NCBI RefSeq assembly: GCF_035084215.1
Contig: NC_090370.1
Coordinates: 25,358,001 to 25,422,000 of the forward strand
From: Heptranchias perlo
Lineage: Eukaryota
Length of the DNA: 64,000 nucleotides
Reading direction: 5' to 3'
Shown one piece after another: positions 14,131 through 28,756 of this stretch. The position numbers and the translations under genes were made by a program. The stretch's first letter is position 1, and every line of letters begins with the position of its first letter. The notes below the pieces were generated by a model, which was given only the letters and a program-made list of their open reading frames with translations, made no database searches and had not been told where the DNA came from.

Positions 14131-14301
14131 CTCACTCTCATTAGACCCTTGGTAACTCACTATTTCCAGTATGTTTTTCCTCTATTCCTTCGGTTGGGAA
14201 AAGTAACCATTGTTGAAAACATTTCACTCCAATTACACCAGTTTGTGTTTGGGGAACAAAATCCAGCTGAACTGCAAACTTAGAGTTTCTGAACGTTGAA
14301 T

Positions 14302-14373
14302 TGCGATGGCTGGGGATCGAACCCAGATCAATCACTTGGAAGGCAGCTATACTCACCACTATACCACCATTGC
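14302..14373 (-). pseudogene. tRNA-Gly(TCC), degenerate copy
   Basis: Reverse complement GCAATGGTGGTATAGTGGTGAGTATAGCTGCCTTCCAAGTGATTGATCTGGGTTCGATCCCCAGCCATCGCA; anticodon stem mismatched. Confidence 0.8.
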
Positions 14374-14970
14374 TGAAAAAAATCATCAATAATATGGTTC
14401 CCAACCATCAGATCCTGACCATCCACTGCAGGCTGTTGCATTTTGATCTTCATTTGAATTGGTTTCTGACGGATCCTTTCTCGCTCTATTCCAGTTCCCG
14501 TTTCCGCCCAGTTGATGATGCCAAGCCCCAATCAATGGAAATTACACAACAGCCAGTAATTCTTCACCTGATATCGGACTGAAGAGATAGTCGATACCTG
14601 CAATACTTGACCAGCTGGAAATACACATTGCTGCATCTCACATCAGCCATTGTGTAAAATTAAGTAATTTCTTTAAATCATTCTGGAGACCTGACGACGA
14701 ACTGGGCACAAGTGGCAGCTTAATATTCAAGTCTATAAGATCTGTAGAAAGGACCGAGAAGTAGGGAAAGGAGGAGGAACAGCAATATTGCAAATGGAAA
14801 ATATTACAACAGTTGAAAGATAGAATATCAGTGAGCATGAGGGGGCAGTGTAAACACTCTGAGAGAGACTGATCAAAAGTGGCCCCATTGTAATCCTCCA
14901 GAAGGTATAAGAAGGGCGAGTTCGGGAGGATTTCTTCATTCTTTGTGAAAGTGTTTGTGAGATTGTGGAA

Positions 14971-15365
14971 ATGTCTGAAAGAGGAAAATCCGGTGGAAAA
15001 ACTCGGGCCAAGGCCAAGTCTCGTTCATCCTGGGCAGGACTGCAGTTCCATTTGGGCCGTGTTCACAGGTCCTGTGAAAGGGGAACAATGCTGAATGTGT
15101 CGGTGCCGGAGCTCCGGTCTATCTGGCTGCTGTGCTCGAGCACCTGACGGCTGAAATCCTCGGGCTGGTCGGTCATGCGGCCCGCGACAACAAGATGACG
15201 CGCATCATCCCCAGACACCTGCAACTGGCCGTCCGCAACGACGAGGAGCTCAACAAGCTGCTGTGAGATGTGACCATCGCTCAGGATGGGGTGCTGCCTA
15301 ATATCCAGGCCTGTTTCTGTGCCGTAATTTCGATGTAACTCGATGTAAATGCTCTTTTCAGAGCC
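14971..15365 (+). pseudogene. Histone H2A pseudogene
   Basis: [20 protein letters not shown].., frameshift after RVHR, internal TGA, C-terminus deleted; damaged stem-loop tgctcttttcagagcc at 15350-15365. Confidence 0.92.
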
Positions 15366-15879
15366 ACCCACTGTATCTGTGAAAGGGCTGGTTACTGTCT
15401 GAAGGGAGACGCTGATATCATGCTACCAGTGTTGCTTTGAGCTGCTTTTTTTCTCCTTGTGGACGAGATGAGGTATTAATGGGACTGGAGTCGGGGCACC
15501 GACCACATTCCGATACTTTAAACGGTAACTTATGGACCCCAGTCCACACATCACCCGATTTGTTGTATTTATTTAAACTACTTCTCATGCTGGGCTCGTA
15601 AAGCACCACCAGAACTGCTCGACTAAATTTTCCACATCTGTGGGATTCAGCGCTTCGCTCCGTTTCTGTTCTATTTTGTTGGATTATTCAAATAACTCAT
15701 CAAACTCACTGGGGAATCACTGAAATGTAACTCTGTACAGAAACAAATGACAGTGAACGGCCTGGTGCCCAGGAGATCAGAAATATTATTCGCCTTTCGC
15801 CTTCTTGACGAGTAAACCGTGTTTCGAGTCCACCAACCCGCGTTGGTTCCACACGGGAATCAAATAGAGAGGGCGGGAG

Positions 15880-16420
15880 GGGAGGAGACAGAGTGACGGA
15901 CAGAGCAGAGAGCGGCCTCTGATCTTCCAGCTCCACCTCCAGCTTTCTCCACTCGCCAATTTCAAACCGTTTATTGATAATAGAACCGAAACACAGCGGT
16001 CCGCACAAACCCTTACAGACTCGGGCTTCATATTCAAGGATTCCCAGGAACCCGGAGCTTTCAAATAAGCCGCGTTTCAATTAACAGACAGTAATATTCC
16101 TGACTAAATACAGTCCCTTCGATAACAAGTCAAACCGTCTCCTTCCATTTCAGTCTCACACCCGATTCTATCTCCCCACATATCCCCTCCCAGACGGGTT
16201 CAGCGTTTTACAAACACCTTATTCCAGCTGATTTGGAGAATCTCATATGTTGGGGTTTGAGTTATGACGCGGAGTTTCTCCGCCAGTGTTACCGTCTCAC
16301 AGAGACTCTCGCCCTGAATCTGTGAAAAGAAAATGACCATGCACTGGGAGTGGAGCCGAACACACCCCCAGTTACAGTGAGGCTCGGACACCCCATTCTC
16401 TCTGTTTTATATCAGACAGT
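15880..16420. other. Orphan copy of the H4-H1 intergenic spacer
   Basis: Matches about 27190-27473 plus 28766-29055, without the Penelope insertion and without flanking H4 or H1 genes. Confidence 0.8.
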
Positions 16421-17299
16421 ATCCGACCTTCGTGTCCAGCATTAGAGAGAGAGACACTGTCAGTCTTACACTTCCGATCAGTGTGTTCATATCACCCTCA
16501 ATAACTGTATCCAACCTTCATATACAGCACCAGAGAGTGAGAGAGAAAGGGAGACAGATACGGTGACAGAGCGAGCAGAGAGGCACAGTATCAGTTCCAG
16601 ACTGACCTGTAAAGTTGCGTTTTATCCAGAATATCCTGTTGGAGAAACAGAAGATGCATTCTTATCTCTCATGGATATACCAGAGACGGACACACTGTTA
16701 ATCCCACACTCAAGGACAGTACAGAGAGTGACAAAAACAATGTGGGCCGAATTTAACCCTCTCTTGCCTGTTGTACTATATTCGGTTTTGCAGATCAGGT
16801 CCATTCGTTATTACTCTCAGTGACCGAGAGTTTCACTCTGATTATATTAATCTGGGACTGTTGCTGTCTGATATTCATCCTACACGGTCCCAGCAAATAC
16901 ACCGACTCCCGCTTTCCTCCAATGTTTCTCCAGGATTGGTTTGAGAAATCCTCCCTCCAGTTTCGGGTTCACGCGTTACTTTATCAGTAAAGGGACCAAG
17001 ATTAAACAGAACCCATTGGCTCATTTCACAGCCGTCCACGTTATCTCTGATTGCCCCTTTACCATAACAAGATACCGAGAGAAACAGCAGGGATGGAAAC
17101 ATCTCGTTCAATGGTTGGAGATTGTAAAGTCAGTCTGGATTCCAGCGTTCGGCACTGGTGGAATCCCATCTGTTTCCCATCCTGGTGCCTGTTCCTGCAC
17201 TGCCTGTGGACCCCATTCCCTCTGACCTTTCCCCCACTTCCTTTGCTCAGACTCTGAAAAATTCCAATTGGGGAAAGTTTCCATCGATTTTGGTATTGC

Positions 17300-17646
17300 G
17301 AATGGAACCAGATATCTGCGCATGCGTGATTCAGCCCCGCCCCCAGCGCTGCTTGCTGGTGAGCAGAAGAGCGCATGCGCGCTCCCCTCCCCCAGCTCGG
17401 CCTGTGGGCGCCATTCCCTCAGTGAGCGGAAGAAGATGGTTAAAAACAGCCGGGAATGGAGAGATCACGCCCCCCGGGGGAAGGGAGCAAAGAGCAGCCT
17501 CGTTACAGCAGCTCATCGCTTCGGGACCGTGTCCGCAGATGGGCTCAGAGATCGGCATTGAGTCCGGGGGAAGGTCAGGGGGAGTCCGGGGGCTGTTTGT
17601 AAGAGGCGGAGTGGATCAGGAACTGGTCCCGGAACATGGAGTGAGC
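17300..17646 (+). promoter_or_regulatory. CpG-rich promoter and putative first exon, module copy A
   Basis: NRF1 motifs TGCGCATGCG (17317) and GCGCATGCGC (17371), GC box, CGCCATT, CGGAAG and AAGATGG; donor GA|GTGAG at 17640/17641. Confidence 0.6.
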
Positions 17647-18559
17647 GGGGAAGGAAGAGGTCATTCTCCGGCTGTGTGTGTACAGGGTGTGTCCAGGATG
17701 AGGGAGACAGAATGGGAAGAGCAGGTTGTTTCAAATCATTGCTGCTTTCTCTCCCCAAACCAGTGGTGAATTGTTCCTGGTTTAGTTCCAGTCTCACCCT
17801 GTTTATTGTTATTGGACAGTGAACAGTGGAAACAGAGCCGGACAGTAAGGATATGGGGAGTTAAACAAAGAGCATCGATTGCAGGCACCAGGTGACAAGT
17901 GTGAACATATTTTAAACAGCGGCTGTTATGTTTCGGTTGAACGGTTAGTCCCATGGTAGAGGGTATTAGAAACCTGACCTGTACAAAGGTCCCTGCCCCA
18001 TCGGGTAGTGCCATTCATGGATCAGTGCAGGGGTTGTGTTGTGTCTGGATGTCACCAAATTGTTGTCAAACAGCCCAACACACCTGGTGTGCAGAAGCTG
18101 AGAGCTGCAGTACTGCAGTGGAGTACTGACACTGTTTGTATGTTTGTATCGCTGGTTTTCATTTTTGTCATTACAATGATTATGAACGGAGAGATTCAAT
18201 TGATCACTTTTGTATTTTCTACTTCACCTGTTCTTGAGTTACAAGAGATACTTTTTCTTCCTACAGTCAAATCCTTGAAGGACCCAGAATCAGTGTAATG
18301 TTTACTCCACCCGAGCCACAAGGAGCAGTCAGTGCAGCCAGCTCCTTCTCACACACAGTAAGTACATTATCACTCACAGAGCACAGAGACACAGCCAGGT
18401 CATCAGTCCCACAGTCTCAGACAGCGGAAGTAGTCAGTCGCACACTGACCACAATCCAACACTCAAACAGAGCAGGAGAGACAGATGTAATTTTCATTTC
18501 ACAACGACTCAGTACTGCTGACCGGCAGATAAATAATTCCCAGTCCAAAATCACACCCA

Positions 18560-20490
18560 GTATGAGATTGAAAGGTACTGTGTCAATCTCTCTTTATTTT
18601 AGCCTTAGCTACAAATTAAATACCAGATAGAACTGACACATGGCACTGATTGATCGGTACAGAATGAATCAGAATAGTGTGCTCCAAGATTCAAATTAAA
18701 TACCAGCCCACAACTCTCACACATTATGAGTTTAAAGATGCAGTATTCATGCCACTGTTGTGCACTGAGATACAAATTAGATACCAGTTCAGATGTTACC
18801 CATTTTTGACTCACATATATGTCCAAAAACCTCATAGTGTCAGAATGAAATGTACAGTTTCAATTCATTCACTGCAGACTGAGGTACACATTAGATACCA
18901 GTCCAAAATTCTCATACAGTATAAGACTGAAAGAGAGAGTATCAAACCCATTAGTGCAGACTGAGCAACACATCACATACCAGTCCATAAATCTCAGTGT
19001 CAGATTGAAAGATACAGTATCAATTCCATAAGTGCAGATTGAGCTCCACATTATATACCAGTCCAAAATTCGCATAAAGTATCGTACTGGAAGATACAGT
19101 ATCAATCCCATTAGTGCAGACTGAGGTGTACATTGGATACCAGTCCAAAAGTCACATTCAGTGTCAAATTGAAAGATACTGTATCAATTCCATTAGTGCA
19201 GACTGAACTACACCTTACAAACCAGTCTAAATATATTACACAGTAACAGACTGAAAGGTACAGTATGAATTCCATTAGTACAGACTGAGCTACACATTAT
19301 ATATCGTCCAAAAATCTGATATATTATCATACTGAAACATACAGTATGAATCCTTTTAGTGTTGACTGAGCTACACATAACAAAGCAGTCCAAAAATCCC
19401 TCGCTGTGTCTGACTGAAAGTTAGAGTGTCAATTCCATTGGTACAGACAGAACCACACATCACATATCAGTCCAAAAATCACATACAGTGTCAGACTGAA
19501 ACATACAGTGTCAATTCCATTAGTACAGACTGAGCGACACCGAACACACCAGTCCAAAAATCTCATACAGTGTCAGACTGAAACATACAGTATCAATTCC
19601 ATTAGTACAGACTGAGCGACACCGAACACACCAATCCAAAAATCTCATTCAGTGTCAGACTGAAAGATACAATATCAATTCCATTAGCCCAGACTGAGCG
19701 ACACCGAACACACCAATCAAAAAATCTCATACAGTGTCAGACTGAAACATACAGTATCAATTCCATTAGCCCAGACTGAGCTGCACAATAAATACCAGTC
19801 CAATAATTTCACAGTAAAAGGTTGAAGTGAACATTATCTTCACAGAGATTAAGATAAAATCACACAACAAAACTCACACATTTTTTTGATTAAAACAAAA
19901 TCCAAAATCGTATACATATTTACACATTAATGCTGGACAAAAGATTTGCATACATTTGTGAATTAAAGACACAGTTTCAAGCAGCATACTGCAACCTGAA
20001 ATAAGAATACAGAACGAATCCAGACTTGCACTTTGCCCAGAGACTGAGTTACAGAATGAATCCCACACTGAGATAAAATACCAGAGATCGAGAGACACCG
20101 AATGAATCCCACACTCACAGATAGCACCAGAGATTGACAGATACCGAATGAATCCCACACTCACACACATTCCCAGAGATTGACAGATACCAAATGAATC
20201 CCACACTCACACACATTCCCAGAGATTGACAGAAACAGAATGAATCCCACACTTACAAATAGCACCAGAGATTGACAGATACCGAATGAATATCACACTC
20301 ACACACAGTACCAGAGACTGACAGATACAGAATGAATCCCACACTCACACACAGTACCAGAGACTAACAGATACAGAATGAATCCCACACTCACAGACTG
20401 TACTGGAGACTGACGGATACAGAATGAACATCACACTCACATACATTATCAGAGACTGACAGACAGAAAATTAATCTCACACTCTTATAC
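18560..20490. repeat. Composite satellite array (82-bp then 46-bp units)
   Basis: cagactgagcgacacc at 19526 and 19608 (82 bp); gaatgaatcccacactcacacacagtaccagagactgacagataca (46 bp). Confidence 0.9.
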
Positions 20491-20864
20491 AATCTGACAT
20501 CTACTGGCCATAAGTGAGAACTGTAACAGAGTGGAATAAATTCACATTATCTGTCATTGTCACAGATTCAGGACAATGTGCAATGTGAGGAAATAGTTTC
20601 TCTCTGTAACTTCTACTCTCGTATTTTTTCATATTTTGTCAGTGAAAAATTGGACAATTGATTCATAATAAAGTTTTTGTTTTGCTCATTCGAAAGTTGC
20701 CCCATTATATTTCACTCTACATTGCGCAACATTTCTGTCTGATTTCTCAGGACACGATTTATATTAATCCAAATAAACCAAACTGAAACACAAATAAAAA
20801 CTGAGCGCAAATCTGGAAGTTTGAATGGCGACCATCAAAAGTGAAAAGGATAAAATGTAGAAAA

Positions 20865-20980
20865 AATTAAAACCGAAAATGCTGGAAAGACTCAGCAGGT
20901 CCGGCAGCATCTGTGGAGAATGGAAGCTCGGGTTAACGGTTCAGGACAATGACCCTTCTCTCGATCAGAAAGGTTAATCA
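20865..20980 (-). mobile_element. Penelope-derived terminal fragment with decayed hammerhead
   Basis: aaatgctggaaagactcagcaggtccggcagcatctgtggag...gttaacggttcagg..gacccttc; inverted copy at about 45090-45200. Confidence 0.5.
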
Positions 20981-21225
20981 GACATAATTTAAAAAAGGAA
21001 CGGGAATCAGCAGAGGGAAAGCCTTCAGAAAATCAATTAATTTCACTGAATCCGAGGAATTGTGTCCCGTATCCACCATTCAGATCAGGGCAAATAATAA
21101 TACAAAGAACAGAGTTGAATTCAACGTTATGGGGGAAATAAATGAATTTTAGAAGTATTTTTACACCAACACTGTCCCTCTGAACATCATCAAATTCAGT
21201 TCCAGTCTTGGTGTTTCTGAATTCA

Positions 21226-21296
21226 GCGTGCTGGGATTCAAACCATTTGGAATTAACTGCTTGGAAGGCAGCAACACTCACCATAAAAGCGCCTTA
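21226..21296 (-). pseudogene. tRNA-Gly(TCC) pseudogene
   Basis: aactgcttggaaggcagc..ctcacca is the reverse complement of the Gly-TCC D and anticodon arms; the rest is degenerate. Confidence 0.65.
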
Positions 21297-21479
21297 TTTC
21301 ACCAGGAGGGAGAAATAGAGTGTTTCTGTGGAGTTTCAGACTGAATTGCTCCCTTTGGGTTTCTGGCACTTTAATCATAGACAATAAATAGTTCCCAAAC
21401 ATCAGTCCCTGAACAGACACAAGAAGCTGGTGGAGTTTCTCATTCATAGATATTAAATAAGAGGATGGCAAAAGTGAAT

Positions 21480-22400
21480 AGGAAGAGGTTCGGAAGAAGT
21501 CACAAAAACAATTAGGGAAGCAAACAGGAACCAGGAAATCAAATTATCAGGGAATATAAAAAGAAATAGTAAATTATTCCACTGACACAAAAATATCAAA
21601 AGGAAAATCAGAATATCTTGAGTGCCACTAAGGGATGCACAAGATAAACTCACAGATAACGTCAGCGAAATGGCAGACATATTGAATTGTTACTTTGCCT
21701 CAGTATTTACCAGGGAGATTAACAGGGTGAATATATTAGAGGAAGAGGTCAATAAAGATATAAAGGTATTTAAGTTAGAAAGGGTGGTTAAACTCCTGGT
21801 CCAGATCGATTGCATCTGTGCATATTAAATAAAGCAAGGGTAGAGATAGCAGAGGCACTGTTACATATATAGGAAAAAATCATCACAAAAAGGAATAGTG
21901 CCAGAGGACTGGATGACAGCTAATGTGATTCTTATATTTTAAATCAGGTGATAGAACAAGTCCAGGGAACTATCGACCAGTTCACTAAAGGTCGGTGGTA
22001 GGATTGATCATGGAATCCTTCACTCAATGAAGCAACAGAAAAACATCCAGAAACCGAAAATATAATAAAACAGTTTGACAGAAGGTTGACAGTTTAATTG
22101 ACAGTTCAACATAACTTATTTGATTTTCAATTCTATTCCGCTAGAAATAAACCCCAGTGCTGTGTTCGATTTTATGTCCTTATCATCCTGTGCTGCTACT
22201 TTTAATGATTTGTCAATCTGCACCCCGAAATCCCTTTGCTCTTTTACCCCATTTAGACTCTTATTCCCGCAAGCAAAATGCACCACCTCACACCTTTCAA
22301 TATGGAAATTCAATGGCCATTTACACCGCCTTTCGGCAAGCTTATTAATTCTTGAATTTTGTCGCATTCTTCCTCAGTATAGGCTATGCCCCCTAAATTA
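21480..22400. mobile_element. Old CR1 ORF2 fragments, both orientations
   Basis: ADILNCYFASVFTRE and VPEDW on plus; KW..NF..ERCEVVHF..EQRDFGVQI on minus. Confidence 0.75.
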
Positions 22401-22788
22401 ATTACAAGAATTTAACACAGCATTACAACTAATGTTTGGTCCAACAAAATGTACTTGCAGCTCGTCTCCATTCCCAGTTTTTCTAAATCCCACTCGTGCA
22501 ATATAATGTGAAGAATTAGTTTCTGTTCTGTCCCTCTCTCATCTGCAAACTTCACTGTCCCGGGGTTTGGGGACATCTACTGGCCGGAAGCAGAACTGCA
22601 ACAGTTCGGAACAAATTGCTGAAACCGGACAATGTGCAGTGTGAGCGTGTTTGTGATTGGTGGCAGTTATTAAATCTGATTGGATATCTGAAGAAACCAA
22701 TCAGAGAGTTACAGTTAATAATTATTATGACCTCACTCCCAATGACCCAATCACAATCATTGCCTTCACCCATCCCTCATTACCATAG

Positions 22789-22968
<180 letters not shown>

Positions 22969-23754
22969 ACCCACAACCTCTCTGAAAGAGCTGCATTTTC
23001 TCTATATTTACTTAGGATCATTTTATTGCAGCAATATTATTATTCCAATCGAAAAGTGACTCGAACTGGCCCCAAGAATGAACACGAGTTTATGATCCGC
23101 TCCTTCCCATTTGCTTTGTTCTTAAAGCATTACTATTCTGGCCTCTCATCCTCTTAATGACCCCCTTCGCTGTTCCGTTCTATGAATGCAGTTTCTGAAA
23201 TGTTTATGGACTGACGTGAAAATCCCCAGATTAACAGTAACCCCACCCCTTGCAGTAACAGCGGATTCGGGGCAGAATGAGAGCTCCGTCCTGGTCCCTC
23301 TTTTCACAGAAGCTCTCCCGGCTCTGAGAAGGGAACAATGCATAAAGTGTCACTTTTATAAAGACTAAATTCAAATGTGTCCTTTCACGGAATGCTGTGA
23401 ATGGGGCTTTAGTCCCGTCCGGTGCAGTTTGAAAGCGATGGTCGAATGAGCCATAATTTGAAGCAGATTTTAAAACAGAGGAAGCGATTAGTGACGGGGA
23501 GCGCTGAATAAGACACGATACAAAGAATGGGTTTAAAATCTTGTGCTCAGGGCGACATTGATCGAAACCCGATCCTTCACTGCACTGAAATTGGCGGGCT
23601 TTTTGAAATTCATAAAATTCCTGGTCTGATCGTTGAGGCCGGTAAATCCCGCCCTCTTCTAATTTCCAGCTATCTGATTGGTTAACGAAATAGGCAAATG
23701 AGGTGTAATAAGGTACAACCAATCAGATGCTCTTTCAGACCATAAGAAGGGTAA

Positions 23755-24183
<429 letters not shown>

Positions 24184-24213
24184 AGCGGCCAAGATTTAAT
24201 CTGATAACCCAAA

Positions 24214-24229
24214 GGCTCTTTTCAGAGCC
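24214..24229 (+). terminator. Histone 3' stem-loop (H2A)
   Basis: CCAAA-GGCTCTTTTCAGAGCC-ACCCA followed by purine-rich gaaagggc (HDE-like). Confidence 0.96.
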
Positions 24230-25341
24230 ACCCACTGTATCTTTGAAAGGGCTTGTTACTGACTGAAGAGAGTCAGGGATCAATTTAATAAGGACTTGAT
24301 TCCGATTCTGGAACTAACAATAACTTGTTAATTACAAATGATCCAGATCGGTCTGTTGAAGTACTCGCTTCCGGACAGCAGATGTCGCCAACCTCCAATA
24401 GATTGATATTTGCAGTTTGTGTGGTGAATGAGACAAAATATCAAAATTGTCATTAAACTGGGCGGGTGGGACACAGAAATACCAGGGCCGTTTGATCAAC
24501 GGCATCAAGAGGCATTCTGTTGTGTTCCACCCAATATTATTCACAGTCTCATCCTCCTACAACACTTGCTCGGTCTGTATTATTTTACCCAGATTTGTGC
24601 AACAGAAGCTGACTGATGTGTTGAATATTGTGTCAGCGATTGCTGAATCAAGAATGTGAGTGAAATTTGCCCGTGTTATTGGATGTGATTGAGGGATTGA
24701 TTCTGCCCCTGTATCAGTTACGAGTGTTAGTGAATGTAACACTCATGTTTTACACTGCTTCTGATTCGAGCGCTGATCGAGAGCAAGACACACTGCCTTT
24801 CGATCTATTGGTGCGAGTTGCATTGAAACAGCCTCTGCCACTATATCTGCAGGGGGACAACAGACTGAAACGTTATTTAATCCGAGTCTGGTTCCTCACA
24901 TCCAGCATGGGTTTTAGGTCCCGTCCGATTGCACCTGTCCTTTCTGCAGCTGTTTGCCAGAACTTTCTCTGTCCGAATGAGGCACTGGTGGTGATGAGAG
25001 TCAGTCTGGTGGAATTCACCTCCCTCCAGTCCTGCGTGTGTGTGAAAATGAAACTTTCTCCGTTTCAAATGCCTCATGTTGGTTAGTCTGGAATTGGCAC
25101 TCCTCTGTTTGGTGTTGGATCTTCGTCCAAAATGAACAGCTGCTGTTTCTGCCACAAAACGTGGATCGGCTCATATTCCCATCTCTCCGCTTTTATGATG
25201 GGCCAACAGATTGTCAGGCCTTCCCGTCTGACATCCGCTCACTCCCCTTTATGCATTTCCCGTTTAATCAAATTTCGGTGAACTGCACGGCCCTGCGATT
25301 TCAACCCCAGAGATCACAGCTCTTTCCTTTGCTGATTTGGT

Positions 25342-25357
25342 GGCTCTGAAAAGAGCC
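25342..25357 (-). terminator. Histone 3' stem-loop (H3)
   Basis: Reverse complement GGCTCTTTTCAGAGCC-ACCAA; HDE ggaaagagctg. Confidence 0.95.
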
Positions 25358-25390
25358 TTTGTTGCACTTGGTGCTGAAGGCGGGTCGGGT

Positions 25391-25930
<540 letters not shown>

Positions 25931-26662
25931 TCAGGGAGGGACCGCCCCTGGCCTGTGATTGGCAGGTTTGAACCGAGCTCTGACAGTCAGAACGAAACGG
26001 CGGGAGGTCTTGGGCCCCAATTGGCTGAGCTGAAATTAATCATCAATTTCAAAAAGCCCGCCAATTTCAGAGCATCAAATAACAGTTTGAAGAAAATCTC
26101 ATTTCCCTCCAGCAATTTAAGAATCTCTCTCTTTATAATCTCCATTATTTCCCACTCCTCAGCTCAAATCTCAGGCTGATTCACATTCCGGTTCATTCTC
26201 TGACCTATCTGTAAACGGGCGGGAATAAAGTCCCGGTCATTGCTTTCCGTCGGAAGCGGGACAAAGTCCAGCTTCGATTTCAAAAATCCCGCCAGTTCCG
26301 GCCCGGTGAACGGCTCCTCAAACAGAAACTTCACATCGAACTGATATTTGAATGAGGGCAAGAAATAAACACCGAGCAGAGAGGACAGAGCGGGAGAGGG
26401 AGTGAGGAGGGATTTTACTGAGCGGAGAATGTAATGTCTGTGGAAAGACTCTGCATCCCCGCCTGTTCATTTATACCGTGAAACCGGGAATTCCGCTCCT
26501 TCTCTCGGGATGGCCGTGAACCCCGGCCATTTTTCTGATCTCCCTGTAACGAGTGCTGGAGAAATCTCCCCATATTAAAAGAATATCGGAAACTACTTCC
26601 CCACCCCGAGATCGTCCCACTCCCCCTTCCCAGGTCACTGCTCTCTCTGTGAGGCGGTGGGT

Positions 26663-26678
26663 GGCTCTTAGAAGAGCC
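26663..26678 (-). terminator. Histone 3' stem-loop (H4)
   Basis: Reverse complement GGCTCTTCTAAGAGCC-ACCCA; HDE agagagagc. Confidence 0.95.
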
Positions 26679-26713
26679 TTTGTTTTGTGTTTGGTTGGAA
26701 AGGGTCGAGTCGT

Positions 26714-27105
<392 letters not shown>

Positions 27106-27119
27106 GCACAGAGTGAAAG

Positions 27120-27230
27120 TGGGAGGGGAGGAGACAGAGTGAGATATTAAACAGGGAGGGGAGGAGACAGAGTGAGATATTAAACAGGGAGGGGAGGAGA
27201 CAGAGTGAGATATTAAACAGAGAGGGGAGA
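27120..27230. repeat. 33-bp tandem repeat (about 3 copies) upstream of H4
   Basis: gggaggggaggagacagagtgagatattaaaca x3. Confidence 0.85.
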
Positions 27231-27473
27231 GAGTCAGAGTGATGAACAGAGCGGAGAGCGGTCTCTGATCTTCCAGCTCCACCTCCAGCTTTCTCCACCC
27301 GCCAATTTCAAACCGTTCATCGATAATAGAACCGAAACACAGCGCTCCGCACAAACCCTGACAGACTCGGGCTTCATATTCAAGGATTTACAGAAACCCG
27401 GAGCTTTTAAATAAGCCCCGTTACAATTACCAGTCAGTAATATTCCTGCCTAAATACAGTCCCTTCTATAACT

Positions 27474-28756
27474 GCAAACAATTTTACAACACCAAGTTAT
27501 AGTCCAGCAATTTTATTTTAAATTCACAAGCTTTCGGAGGCTTCCTCCTTCGTCAGGTGAACGATGTGAAAATGAAAACCTCGAAATGAAATCGCATTTA
27601 TAATTCACAGAACAATGCTTGGTGAGTACAGACAGTTTTTCAACTGCCGGTTGCCAAGGCAATCAGTGTGCAGACAGACAGGTGTTACCTGCCAGGTCTC
27701 ACAGAATATACAAATCACCAAAAAAAAACAACAAACAAAAAAAAACAGAGATAGAGAGGTAGAAACATAGAAAAGACAGCAACTGACCCGTTATATTAAA
27801 AACAGATAACATTTGTTCGCTGGTGGGGTAACGTGTAGCGTGACATGAACCCAAGATCCCGGTTGAGGCCGTCCTCATGGGTGCGGAACTTGGCTATCAA
27901 TTTCTGCTCGACGATTTTGCGTTGTCGTGTGTCTCGAAGGCCGCCTTGGAGTACGCTTACCCGAAGGTCGGTGGATGAATGTCCATGACTGCTGAAGTGT
28001 TCCCCGACTGGGAGGGAACCCTCCTGTTTGGCGATTGTTGCGCGGTGTCCGTTCATCCGTTGTCGCAGTGTCTGCATGGTCTCGCCAATGTACCATGCTC
28101 TGGGGCATCCTTTCCTGCAACGTATGAGGTAGACAACGTTGGCCGAGTCACAGGAGTATGAACCGTGCACCTGGTGGGTGGTGTCCTCTCGTGTGATGGT
28201 GGTATCTGTGTCGATGATCTGGCATGTCTTGCAGAGGTTGCCGTGGCAGGGTTGTGTGGTGTCGTGGACGCTGTTCTCCTGAAAGCTAGGTAATTTGCTG
28301 CGAACGATGGTCTGTTTGAGGTTGGGTGGCTGTTTAAAGGCGAGTAGTGGAGGTGTGGGGATGGCCTTAGCGAGGTGTTCGTCATCATTGATGACATGTT
28401 GAAGGCTGCGGAGAACAGGGCGTAGTTTCTCCGCTCCGGGGAAGTACTGGACGACGAAGGGTACTATGTTGGTTGCGTCCCGTGTTAGTCTCCTGAGGAG
28501 GTCTATGCGATTTTTTGCTGTGGCCCGTCGGAACTGTCGATCGATGAGTCGAGCGTCATATCCCGTTCTTACTAGGGCGTCTCTCAGCGTCTGTAGGTGT
28601 CCATCGCGTTCCTCCTCGTCTGAGCAGACCCTGTGTATTCGCAGGGCCTGTCCATAGGGGATGGCCTCTTTGACGTGGTTAGGGTGGAAGCTGGAAAAGT
28701 GGAGCATCGTGAGGTTGTCCGTGGGCTTGCGGTAGAGTGAGGTGCTGAGGTGCCCG
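27474..28756 (-). mobile_element. Penelope-like retroelement, 5'-truncated (RT C-terminus and GIY-YIG endonuclease, uninterrupted frame ending at 27796)
   Basis: GHLSTSLYRKPTDNLTMLHFSSFHP..., C-x2-C motifs, VVYLIRC...YIGET..TLRQRMNGH...E..LI..F.T...GLN; TSD tctataact at 27465-27473 and 28757-28765. Confidence 0.93.
27523..27561 (-). ncRNA. Minimal type I hammerhead ribozyme in the Penelope 3' end
   Basis: UUCAC-CUGACGA-A-GGAGG(AAG)CCUCC-GAAA-GC-UU-GUGAA: stem I UUCAC/GUGAA, stem II GGAGG/CCUCC, conserved core, palindromic AAGCUU in place of stem III. Confidence 0.8.

Noticed and set aside
17158-17769. 203-aa ORF and its 134-aa and 220-aa paralogues over the module promoter
   Set aside because: Non-ATG starts, no recognisable domain, and a frameshift in copy B; GC-rich sequence explains the open frames
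20865-20980. Functional hammerhead ribozyme here and at about 45090-45200
   Set aside because: The core is mutated (CUGAUC..., GAAC instead of CUGANGA and GAAA)
24877-25155. Possible coding exon or ORF between H2A and H3
   Set aside because: Weak splice signals and no recognisable protein in any frame
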